A stretch of DNA of 63,519 bases, filler included, from Nitrospinae bacterium RIFCSPLOWO2_12_FULL_45_22 (lineage in GTDB: Bacteria > 2-12-FULL-45-22), in the NCBI GenBank assembly GCA_001803565.1. It is 3 parts of 3 records of this genome, joined end to end, with 100 filler letters (N's around TTAATTAATTAA, not from the genome) between each part and the next. Parts side by side here need not be neighbours in the genome. Positions count along the whole stretch, not along the records: positions 1 to 30,087 come from MHDQ01000222.1; 2 more parts are not named here. One strand, given 5' to 3'. Shown here one piece after another: positions 9,315-17,889 of this stretch (position 1 is its first letter; every line of letters begins with the position of its first letter). The position numbers and the translations under genes are program-made. Under the pieces are notes generated by a model. The model had not been told where the DNA came from and did not search any database. It saw nothing but the letters and a program-made list of their open reading frames with translations.

Positions 9315-10388
9315 ATGACATTTAAGATCGCTGTATTGTCCGGGGATGGTATCGGACCAGAGGTAGTCTCAGAGGCGGTAAAGGTCTTAAAGATAGTAGC
9401 GCATAAATATGGCATTTCTATGAGTTTTCAGGAGGGTATTATTGGTGGCCAGGCCCTTGATATTATGGGTGAGCCATTGCCACAGCAAACCCTTTCTCTC
9501 TGTAAAGATAGCCATGCCGTTCTACTGGGGGCGGTGGGTGGCCCTAAATGGGATAGGTTAGAGTTCCATAAGAGACCAGAGCGGGGCCTATTAGGAATAA
9601 GGGAGCAGTTGGGTCTCTATGCTAATCTTCGGCCAGCAAAGCTCTTCTCTCCTTTAGCCGATGCCTCGCCCCTTAAACGAGAAATTATTGAGGGGCTGGA
9701 TATTCTGGTGGTACGGGAATTGACCGGTGGTATTTACTATGGAAAACCTAAGGGCATAGAACCTATCCCGGGCGGCGAAAAAGGTTTTAATACCCTGGTT
9801 TATACTACTACAGAGATAGAGCGCATAGCCCGTTTAGCCTTCCAACTGGCTAACAGGCGCCGCCGGAAACTAACCTCGGTGGATAAGGCCAATATATTGG
9901 AGACGAGTGTCCTTTGGCGCAAAGTAGTTACCCGGGTAGCAGAAGAGTTCCCTGAGGTTTCTTTGAATCATATATTAGTAGATAATTGTGCTATGCAACT
10001 CATCAGGGATCCAAAACAATTCGATGTGTTGGTTATGGGGAATCTATTTGGGGATATTTTGAGCGATGAAGCGGCTATGCTTACGGGCTCTATAGGATTG
10101 CTCCCTTCAGCCAGTTTAGGCAGCGAGATAGGCCTCTATGAGCCGGTTCATGGCTCAGCACCGGATATAGCTGGTAAAGATATAGCTAACCCATTGGCTA
10201 CTATACTATCTGCAGCGATGATGCTGCGCTATTCCTTCAATAAGCCAGAAGTTGCTGATGAAATAGAAGGGGCCATTAACCAAATATTGGCAGAAGGGTA
10301 CAGGACCCAGGATATTTACCATAAAGGCACTAAGCTGGTAGGTACCAGAAAGATGGGGGACCTGGTAGTACAAAATATCTTTTTGTAA
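9315..10388 (+). CDS. leuB: 3-isopropylmalate dehydrogenase
   Basis: [37 protein letters not shown]. Confidence 0.97.
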   Translation: MTFKIAVLSGDGIGPEVVSEAVKVLKIVAHKYGISMSFQEGIIGGQALDIMGEPLPQQTLSLCKDSHAVLLGAVGGPKWDRLEFHKRPERGLLGIREQLGLYANLRPAKLFSPLADASPLKREIIEGLDILVVRELTGGIYYGKPKGIEPIPGGEKGFNTLVYTTTEIERIARLAFQLANRRRRKLTSVDKANILETSVLWRKVVTRVAEEFPEVSLNHILVDNCAMQLIRDPKQFDVLVMGNLFGDILSDEAAMLTGSIGLLPSASLGSEIGLYEPVHGSAPDIAGKDIANPLATILSAAMMLRYSFNKPEVADEIEGAINQILAEGYRTQDIYHKGTKLVGTRKMGDLVVQNIFL

Positions 10389-10401
10389 TGAATTTTATTT
10401 C

Positions 10402-10520
10402 TGGACGCGGATAAGCGCAGGGATATCCAGGGATCAAGATTCGGGGGGCAGGGATTAGCCCTACTTCTGACAGCCGATCCCCGAACCCTGACCCCTAGTC
10501 AGTTCTGCGGGAGTCTGTGT
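10402..10520. repeat. Nested palindromic repeat (outer GGACGCGGA/TCTGTGTC arms enclosing heptamer-repeat palindrome)
   Basis: Outer arms resemble those at 43470-43604; inner GGGATCA-type and CCCTGAC-type heptamers resemble 50066-50208. Confidence 0.65.
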
Positions 10521-10565
10521 CTTAATTCTTAACTGTTTTTTTGTCGAAGAAGAGGGTGGTCATTT

Positions 10566-11576
10566 ATGCGGAGAGATGGTTTGAAAGTGGCAGTGGCAGG
10601 GGCAACGGGTGCAGTGGGTAACGCTATGCTCTCTATTTTAGAAGAGCGCAATTTCCCGGTAGGTCAATTAGTGCCTCTGGCATCCGAGCGGTCAGAGGGC
10701 CGAAAACTTGTTTTTAAGGGGCAGGAGGTGACTGTCAGGAAATTGTCCGAGGACTCTTTCCAGGGCATAGATTTGGCGCTATTTTCTGCAGGGGCATCTC
10801 GGAGCGAAGTCTTTGCTCCAGTAGCAGTTAGTGCTGGGGCAGTCGTGGTGGACAATAGCAGTGCCTTCCGCATGAAGCCCGAAGTACCTCTGGTAGTGCC
10901 CGAAGTTAATCCCCAGGCCATTAAAAGGCACCAGGGTCTTATTGCTAATCCTAATTGTTCTACGATCCAGATGGTAGTGGCATTAAAACCCTTGCATGAT
11001 GCTGCCCGAATTAAGCGGGTAGTAGTATCCACTTATCAGTCGGTTTCTGGTGCGGGCCTTAGGGCGATAGAGGAATTGAGGCTCCAGACCCACGCATTAC
11101 TTAATGGGCAGACTGAAGTGGCAAAAAGCGTCTTTCCCCACCAGATTGCCTTTAATTGCTTACCGCATATTGATGCCTTTCTGGAAAACGGCTATACCAA
11201 AGAAGAGATGAAGATGATCCTGGAGACCAAGAAGATCATGGAGGACGAGAGTATTGCTGTCTCTGCTACTACAGTAAGGGTACCGGTATTTTATGCCCAT
11301 TCTGAATCGGTAAACATAGAAACCGAGAGAAAGCTAGGTGCAGCCGAGGCGAAAGAGATTTTGGCTAAGGCCCCGGGGATAATCCTGGTAGATGACCCCA
11401 TTAATAAGCACTATCCTCTGGCCATCCATTGTGCAGGGAAAGACCCAGTCTTTATTGGCAGGGTAAGGGAAGACCCATCTATTGAGAATGGTTTAAACCT
11501 TTGGATTGTGGCAGATAACCTCCGCAAAGGGGCGGCCTTAAACGCTATCCAAATCGCTGAGCTATTAATCCGTTAA
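10566..11576 (+). CDS. asd: Aspartate-semialdehyde dehydrogenase
   Basis: GATGAVG, VDNSSAFRM, IANPNCST, STYQSVSGAG, DNLRKGAA. Confidence 0.97.
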   Translation: MRRDGLKVAVAGATGAVGNAMLSILEERNFPVGQLVPLASERSEGRKLVFKGQEVTVRKLSEDSFQGIDLALFSAGASRSEVFAPVAVSAGAVVVDNSSAFRMKPEVPLVVPEVNPQAIKRHQGLIANPNCSTIQMVVALKPLHDAARIKRVVVSTYQSVSGAGLRAIEELRLQTHALLNGQTEVAKSVFPHQIAFNCLPHIDAFLENGYTKEEMKMILETKKIMEDESIAVSATTVRVPVFYAHSESVNIETERKLGAAEAKEILAKAPGIILVDDPINKHYPLAIHCAGKDPVFIGRVREDPSIENGLNLWIVADNLRKGAALNAIQIAELLIR

Positions 11577-11591
11577 AAAACTAAAAACACA

Positions 11592-11697
11592 ATAATTATT
11601 CAGCCACAGAGGCACCGAGGACACAGAGAAAACGATTTAGTTAACATTCATCCTTTTTTTCTCTGTGACTTCTGGGGCTCCGTGGCTAATCGTCACG
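11592..11697. repeat. Palindromic intergenic repeat (GCCACAGAG family)
   Basis: AGCCACAGAGGCACCGAGGACACAGAG ... CTCTGTGACTTCTGGGGCTCCGTGGCT. Confidence 0.75.
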
Positions 11698-11701
11698 ATT
11701 T

Positions 11702-12586
11702 ATGACTGAGGGAGAGATATTAGCACGGGATGCCTTTCTGTTATTATATGAGTTAAGACTCTTCTGGTTGATTGTTATCCTTTATCTACTGAGTTTTTTC
11801 TCTTACCTCGCCCACATCTTCACTCCTGAGTCCTCTTCTGGCCAATGGGCTAAGGGCCTTCTTAGTGCAGGGGTCTTGTTTCACACGGTGTTGATAATAT
11901 TTCGTACCATAGAAGGACAGAGCCCCCCTTTCCAAACCCTTTATGAGAGCTTATCCTGGTTTGCCTGGTCATCCATAGTTACTTACTTGTTTATAAGCCG
12001 ACGCTGGAGGGAGGTATATCTGCCAGGCATATGGGTTAGTGGTATAGCTTTAGCTGCTTGTCTGTATGCCCTTATAAGCCGGGGCCCGGAAATAACACCA
12101 CTAGCTCCAGCCCTCCAGAGCCAATGGTTTGTCTGGCATGTGGTCCTGGCCTTTATGTCTTATGCGGTCTTTGTAGTAAGCTGTGCTAACGAAATTACTT
12201 ACCTTATCATTTATCCCTGCTTGAAAAAAGGGATTGGTACTAGTTATGGCCTTTTATTAGAAAATATAGAAAAATTCCATGAGACTGCTTACCGCTTAGT
12301 ATTATTTGGATTTCCCTTGCTGACCTTTGGTATCATATCCGGGGCAGCATGGGCTGACGAGGCCTGGGGCCGATTCTGGTCCTGGGACCCCAAAGAGACC
12401 TGGTCATTAATAACCTGGACGGTCTTTGCCCTCTATTTACATGCCATGGTAATGCCTGCGTGGCGGGGTAAGCCCGCATCTATTTTTAATATCCTGGGTT
12501 TTATCTGTATGATAATGACCTTTGTGGGAGTGAACTGGCTGGCAAAACTATTAGGCATCGAGAGTTTACATTTATATGCTATTTAG
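11702..12586 (+). CDS. ccsA: Cytochrome c biogenesis system II heme-delivery protein CcsA/ResC
   Basis: WWD motif WADEAWGRFWSWDPKETW, conserved His (WHV, YLH, LHLY). Confidence 0.93.
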   Translation: MTEGEILARDAFLLLYELRLFWLIVILYLLSFFSYLAHIFTPESSSGQWAKGLLSAGVLFHTVLIIFRTIEGQSPPFQTLYESLSWFAWSSIVTYLFISRRWREVYLPGIWVSGIALAACLYALISRGPEITPLAPALQSQWFVWHVVLAFMSYAVFVVSCANEITYLIIYPCLKKGIGTSYGLLLENIEKFHETAYRLVLFGFPLLTFGIISGAAWADEAWGRFWSWDPKETWSLITWTVFALYLHAMVMPAWRGKPASIFNILGFICMIMTFVGVNWLAKLLGIESLHLYAI

Positions 12587-14042
12587 GCCCTTACATTGTT
12601 TCTATGGGAAGTTTATCTCATTAAAAACTACCCTTATTTTTCTGGGCATCCTAATATTTTTTTACTTACTTGGGACTATCTTTCCCCAGGGCAAGGAATA
12701 TGCTTCGGACGGGGGAATCCTCCTGGCCATTATCAAATATCTGGACCTCCTAAACCTCTTTAGCTCACCCCTTTTCCTGCTCCTTTCGCTCCTGTTTTTT
12801 CTGCATCTAGGGCTCTGTACCTGGGAGCGGCTCCAGCACCTCTGGTCTAAACGACCGACAGCCAGCTTAGAGTTGGAAAAGGGCCAGTTAGTCTGTCAGA
12901 GCAAGACCATAATGCTTTCCTCTGGGCCGGCGACTAGCATGGATGCTATGAATAATATCTTTAAACAACTTGGGTTTCGGTCAGTAAAAGAAAGCCAGGA
13001 AGGTGAGACAGCAGTAATAGAAAAAGGATTATCCCATCACTGGCTCTCCCTGATCTATCATCTAGCCCTTTTTATTTGCCTTATCGGGTTCTTTATAACC
13101 TATCTCTTTGCCTTTGAAGGTGAGATAACCCTGCATCTACAGCAACGGCAGAAAGTCCCTGAACCTTCTTCTAAGCCTCGCTGGATCACTATACTGGAGG
13201 GGGTGAGGCTAAACCCTGGGCCGGTGCAGGGGTTGGAGCTAGAGTTAGAAAATTTTTCTACCGAGTATATCCAGCTAGCTAAACTCAACTACCCTAAGGA
13301 CTTTCTTGGCCGAATAGCCCTGGCTCTGGGCTTCTCTGCTCGTAAGCCCTTATATTCCGCTGATTCTAGCCTGTCCTATTTTCCTAAAGACTGGAAGAGT
13401 CATTTGACCCTCTATGATGAAGGTAAGCCGGTAAAAGAAAAGGCTATCGAAGTAAATGATCCCCTTCAATACCAGGGTCTTACCTTCTACCAGATGGCCT
13501 TCCAACAAGAGCTCAAACTGGTGATAGAAGCTAACCAGACCATAAGGGGAAAGGAAACGATCATATCGGTTAACTCAGGAGAAAAGTTTCGTCTGCCCCC
13601 ATTGCCGGGATATTTTAAGACCAGCACCTTACGCCTAGGGACCCTCTATAAAAAGGACGGAACCAAAGAAGATATTGTACCCTCAGCCAAGCTCTATTAT
13701 CTGGACCCAAAACCGGAAAAGGAACCAGTGGAGCTAGGCAGCTTAACCCTGAACCAGCCTTTGCCTTACCAGGGAATTTCTCTTACCCTGAGGGACTATT
13801 CTGAGGCCAGCATCCTGAGCTTCCGCTATGATCCGGGCAGACCCTGGCTCTGGCTGGCGTCGGTCTCGCTCTTGCTCTTCATGACGCTGCGGATCTGGGG
13901 TGGCTGGTATAGGGTCATATATTGGCTAGAGCGGGAAGCGGACGGTTGCTACCTACGCTATGTCTATAAAGGAATAGGGCTGGGAGCCGATGAAACCAGG
14001 CTCCTCACCCGCCTTAAACATTACCTGACTCAAAAAGAATAA
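12576..14042 (+). CDS. resB: Cytochrome c biogenesis protein ResB/CcsB
   Basis: GTIFPQ, N-terminal TMs with His, IEVNDPLQYQGLTFYQ, YDPG + C-terminal TM; overlaps ccsA. Confidence 0.88.
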   Translation: MLFRPLHCFYGKFISLKTTLIFLGILIFFYLLGTIFPQGKEYASDGGILLAIIKYLDLLNLFSSPLFLLLSLLFFLHLGLCTWERLQHLWSKRPTASLELEKGQLVCQSKTIMLSSGPATSMDAMNNIFKQLGFRSVKESQEGETAVIEKGLSHHWLSLIYHLALFICLIGFFITYLFAFEGEITLHLQQRQKVPEPSSKPRWITILEGVRLNPGPVQGLELELENFSTEYIQLAKLNYPKDFLGRIALALGFSARKPLYSADSSLSYFPKDWKSHLTLYDEGKPVKEKAIEVNDPLQYQGLTFYQMAFQQELKLVIEANQTIRGKETIISVNSGEKFRLPPLPGYFKTSTLRLGTLYKKDGTKEDIVPSAKLYYLDPKPEKEPVELGSLTLNQPLPYQGISLTLRDYSEASILSFRYDPGRPWLWLASVSLLLFMTLRIWGGWYRVIYWLEREADGCYLRYVYKGIGLGADETRLLTRLKHYLTQKE

Positions 14043-14236
14043 CTGTTCTCTGCCGAGGGAACACTAAAAAGTTTACAAACCTTTATACCTGCTATAAAAT
14101 AAGATCTTTGGTAGCAGTTTAGCCAAAATCTTCGGGATACTTTATTTAGCTAAACTGTTACGATTAGTGACAGATGTGATGCTGATAGTGGATAAGGCTT
14201 TGTGGTTAGTTTAACCGAGAGAAAGGAGAGAATCTT

Positions 14237-14875
14237 ATGCTTAAAAAACAAGGCGTGATGAAATATCTGGTGGGGTTTTCCCTGGTTTTCGTTGTCCTAG
14301 TCCTTGTCTTATCCTCGAGGTACTGGCATAAAGGAGGTACGGTAGGATACTCTAGCCAAGAGGTTTCTAATTATTCCCGGGGCCCTGATAGTGCCCCGGT
14401 AGTCCTTAAAGAATTTAGTGATTATCAATGACCCCATTGCCGCGAGATCCAGGTCGTGGTGGATCGCTTATTCCAAAAATATCCGGGGCAGATAAGGTTG
14501 GTACTCTACCATATGCCCTGGAGTCCCAAATCCTCCCAGGCCGCCGAGGCATCCCTTTGTGCTGGACAAGAGGGCAAATTTTGGGAATATCATGAGCTAC
14601 TGTTTGATTATCAAGAACAATGGCCGGGGACTCCTCATCCAGAGGAATACTTCATCGGCTATGCGAAGCTTTTAGGCCTGGATCAGCAAAAGTTCCGCAC
14701 TTGCCTGGATTCTCAGGAGATGAGAGATAAGGTAAGTCAGGATAAAAGCTATGGTAAATCCATTAATATTAATACTACCCCTACTATATTTGTAAATGAT
14801 AGCCGGATAGTAGGGGACGAGCCTATTGAGAAATATGAACGGGCAATAGAGCAGGAACTGAGGAGAAGTGGATAG
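14237..14875 (+). CDS. DsbA/BdbD-like thioredoxin-fold selenoprotein (UxxC, Sec at TGA 14429-14431)
   Basis: ORFs 14237 and 14456 are in the same frame; read-through gives EFSDYQ-U-PHC (homologues EFSDYQCPxC); cis-Pro motif TPTIFVN; N-terminal anchor. Confidence 0.88.
14442..14467 (+). promoter_or_regulatory. Putative bacterial SECIS hairpin
   Basis: GC-(GA)-GATCCA / loop GGTCGTGG / TGGATC-GC; G-initiated loop about 20 nt 3' of the UGA. Confidence 0.7.
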
Positions 14876-15401
14876 GTTAGATAAAAGAACACAGAGCCAA
14901 GATAAAAGAACACAGACTGGTCTTAGCTCTTTGTTCTTAGCTCTTAGCTCTTTCTCTTTCATCGCTGCCTTCCTTTTCAGAATGGTGGTAGGGATAACTT
15001 TCCTTGTCTCCGGTTTTGCTAAGCTCCTTTTGCCTCCAGAAGAATTTATCCAGGTACTACGTAGCTACCAGGTTATCCCAGAGGTATTATTTAGTCCCCT
15101 TACCATATTACTGCCAGGGATCGAGCTATTAAGCGGGAGTTGTCTTATCCTGGGCTTTTTCACCCGAGCGGCTTCCATAGTCATTCTTATCCAGTTAGGT
15201 AGTTTTATAGCCCTTATGTCTGTCGTAATATTTTCAGGAATAGAGCTGAAAGAGTGCGGCTGTTTTGGCAGTCTCGGTATTCAGGAGACACCAGAACAGG
15301 TTATAATAAGAGATGCTATCCTGTTGATAATGGCCCTGGTCCTTCTTATTACTAATAAGCATAGATATGCCCTGGATAACCTGTTCGATGGTAGCGATTG
15401 A
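14868..15401 (+). CDS. MauE/DoxX family redox membrane protein
   Basis: R..VG..FL.SG..K, LPGIE, CGCFG and IIRD motifs. Confidence 0.88.
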   Translation: MDRLDKRTQSQDKRTQTGLSSLFLALSSFSFIAAFLFRMVVGITFLVSGFAKLLLPPEEFIQVLRSYQVIPEVLFSPLTILLPGIELLSGSCLILGFFTRAASIVILIQLGSFIALMSVVIFSGIELKECGCFGSLGIQETPEQVIIRDAILLIMALVLLITNKHRYALDNLFDGSD

Positions 15402-15405
15402 AATC

Positions 15406-16470
15406 TCAGGTAAAAAGGCTCCTTATGCCTTCGGGAGTGGCTTTTGTTATTCCTTTTTCCGTTATGATACCGGTAATATAGGAGGCGGGGGTTACATCGA
15501 AGGCCGGATTTTTGGCCTTACTGCCCGGGGGAGAGACCCTTACGCGTTCAAAAATGCCCTGATCAGACCAACCCCAGGCATATAGCACCTCATCAGGGGT
15601 TCTCTCTTCTATGGGGATTTCCTCTCCAGAATGGCATTTAAGGTCAATAGTAGAAGTAGGGGCTGCTACATAGAAGGGGATACCGTTCTCTTTAGCTATT
15701 ACCGCACTGGAATAAGTACCAATCTTGTTAGCTACATCACCATTGGCTGTGATCCGGTCAGCCCCGACTATTACCAGGTCAATCTTGCCACTCTTCATAT
15801 AATATCCTGTTGCATTATCAGCAATAATAGTATGAGGTACTCCCTCCTGTCCTAATTCCCAGGCCGTAAGCCGAGAGCCCTGGCTGCGAGGGCGGGTCTC
15901 ATCTACATAAACAAATACCTTTTTTCCTTTGCGGGTAGCCAGATAAATGGGAGAAAGGGCAGTGCCCCAGTCTACAAAAGCCAACCAGCCAGCATTACAA
16001 TGGGTAGAAATGTTGTTTCCATCCTTGATCAATTCTTCACCATATTCGCCAATCTGCTTACAGGCCGCTACATCCTCATCTGCTATCTGCTGGGCCATGA
16101 CTACAGCCGCTTCCTTAGCCTTTTTAGGGTCAGCCTTTGCCTCTTCAATCTCTCCTAAGACTTTATCAATAGCATAGAAGAGGTTTTGGGCTGTTGGTCT
16201 GGTATTACGTAGGGCATAGGCTCCCCTACGGATATATTCTTCAAAATTGTCTGTCGGGGCTTCTAAGACCACCTGTGCCATACCATACCCACCGGTGGCC
16301 CCAATAGCTCCGGCACCCCGTACTATCATATCTTTTATGGCCTGGGCAGTAGCCCTGTGATCCTCCATAGCGACAATCTCGAACTTATGAGGAATCAAGG
16401 GTTGATTAATAAGCTTGACTATTGAGCCTTCCATCCACACCGTCCTATAATGCCTTTCCATTACCTTCAT
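15406..16470 (-). CDS. mtnA: Methylthioribose-1-phosphate isomerase
   Basis: MIVRGAGAIG, RPTA.NL, THCNAG.LA, DETRP, GADR, NKIGT, NPAFDVTP. Confidence 0.95.
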   Translation of the reverse strand: MKVMERHYRTVWMEGSIVKLINQPLIPHKFEIVAMEDHRATAQAIKDMIVRGAGAIGATGGYGMAQVVLEAPTDNFEEYIRRGAYALRNTRPTAQNLFYAIDKVLGEIEEAKADPKKAKEAAVVMAQQIADEDVAACKQIGEYGEELIKDGNNISTHCNAGWLAFVDWGTALSPIYLATRKGKKVFVYVDETRPRSQGSRLTAWELGQEGVPHTIIADNATGYYMKSGKIDLVIVGADRITANGDVANKIGTYSSAVIAKENGIPFYVAAPTSTIDLKCHSGEEIPIEERTPDEVLYAWGWSDQGIFERVRVSPPGSKAKNPAFDVTPASYITGIITEKGITKATPEGIRSLFT

Positions 16471-16619
16471 AAATGCCTTCTCCTGATTTATCCCTAAAAA
16501 ATATTGTAACTCTCTTAATTTTGGTCCTACACATTTTACCTTTAACAGGGGTTTTGTTTATAGCCTTTTTTAATCCCGTAAGGGACATTAATTTTTCCCG
16601 CATCAATAGAAAATGGTTA

Positions 16620-16713
16620 GGAACCCACAGAGGGCACAGAGGAAAATGCATTTAAGATAACTTACTTGTAGGCACGAATTAATTCGTGCCTACTCTCTGT
16701 GGTCCCTGTGGTT
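16620..16713. repeat. Nested palindromic repeat
   Basis: CCACAGAGGGCACAGAG...CTCTGTGGTCCCTGTGG enclosing perfect palindrome GTAGGCACGAATTAATTCGTGCCTAC. Confidence 0.8.
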
Positions 16714-16778
16714 AATATCAGGAAAAGACTTTTGTCTATAAATTATGTTTAAACAAAAACCCTGTTTAAGCTTTATCA

Positions 16779-16906
16779 ATTAGTTGCTAGTGAAAAATGG
16801 GAGATCGAGCAAGCTCGACCACTATATGGATCATTAAAACAGTGTTGCTATAATAAATATGTAGTGGCAGAGATTGCTTCGCAGAGATTTTTCACTGGCT
16901 AATTAA
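16779..16906. repeat. Palindromic intergenic repeat
   Basis: CTAGTGAAAA...TTTTCACTGG outer arms; inner CCACTA...TAGTGG arms with GAGCAAGCTC hairpin. Confidence 0.55.
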
Positions 16907-17035
16907 ATAGTTTATATAGCAGTATGTGGAAAATGCAAGGATAATTTATTATGACACACGGTTCTTCAAGAAAGATAAGGGAGAGGGACTTGTGAAGGAT
17001 TTCGTCAAGCTTGCTTAAACCAAACTGTCAATTAA

Positions 17036-17230
17036 CTATTTTACCAGGTTATGATAATACCTGAGCAATAAAGGATAAAGATCCTTGCCCTTGGATTTTA
17101 TCTTTATATTTCTTAGGGGGGTCAACATTGCCAATAGTACGGAGAACAAAAAAGGCAACACGGTAATCATATCTGCTACTACCCTCAAGCCATTTTGCCC
17201 GGTGCCAGGAAAGGTATAAAGATTTTCCAT
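17036..17230 (-). CDS. Small hypothetical membrane protein (64 aa)
   Basis: AAGGAGG RBS 8 nt before ATG, one hydrophobic helix, upstream promoter. Confidence 0.5.
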   Translation of the reverse strand: MENLYTFPGTGQNGLRVVADMITVLPFLFSVLLAMLTPLRNIKIKSKGKDLYPLLLRYYHNLVK

Positions 17231-17293
17231 TTTATTGTTCCTCCTTATTTAGAATTTAGCTTTAATTATTCATTCTATGAATATCTGTTCATT

Positions 17294-17322
17294 AAAATAA
17301 CATCTATTCCTTCTTTTGTCAA
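17294..17322 (-). promoter_or_regulatory. sigma70-like promoter
   Basis: Minus strand TTGACA-N17-TATTTT with TG extended -10. Confidence 0.55.
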
Positions 17323-17470
17323 CTTTTTCTGCCCTGGGTCTTTCTTCTGAGAATATCTTTTTGTCAGACTGGAACCCTGACCCATTAAGAACGACTAATA
17401 ACCATCATAGCTTGGGCGTCTCGGCTAAGTAATTTTTCGGCGTCCTTTTCCACAATTAATCCTACCAACG

Positions 17471-17730
17471 GTAATTACTCAATAAGTTGTGGAAAATGCC
17501 ATTGAACCGCAAAGACGCTGAGGCGCGGAGTCTTTATAATTAAACATTGTCCATTCATTTAGAACATGGATATAACGGATAGTTGGGATTAACACAGATA
17601 AAAAATTTAAGCAAACCTGTAGTGAGCGAAGCGAATCTATCTGTTAAAGCTGTGTTATCCGTGTCCCATTTAATTTCTTTTCCGCGCCTCTGCGGTGATA
17701 TTAATTCCCCACAAGATATTGAGCAATTAC
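17471..17730. mobile_element. MITE-like element with 27-bp terminal inverted repeats and 8-bp target-site duplication
   Basis: TIRs 17471-17497 and 17704-17730 match 22/27; TACCAACG directly flanks both ends (17463-17470, 17731-17738); no transposase inside. Confidence 0.8.
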
Positions 17731-17889
17731 TACCAACGGATAAGATTCTAGGGAATGTCCAATATAAGAAAGGTTGCATAATTTATGCTAATAATGATAT
17801 TTTATTATCTAGAAAGCCAGAAAGATTTTAGTGACTTTCATTTTAAATCAGTTCAAATTTATGAGACAAACTACTAGTTTTAAGCTATT

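Noticed and set aside
16445-17831. Short ORFs 16445, 16473, 17555, 17583
   Set aside because: Run through palindromic repeats, lack RBS and recognisable motifs
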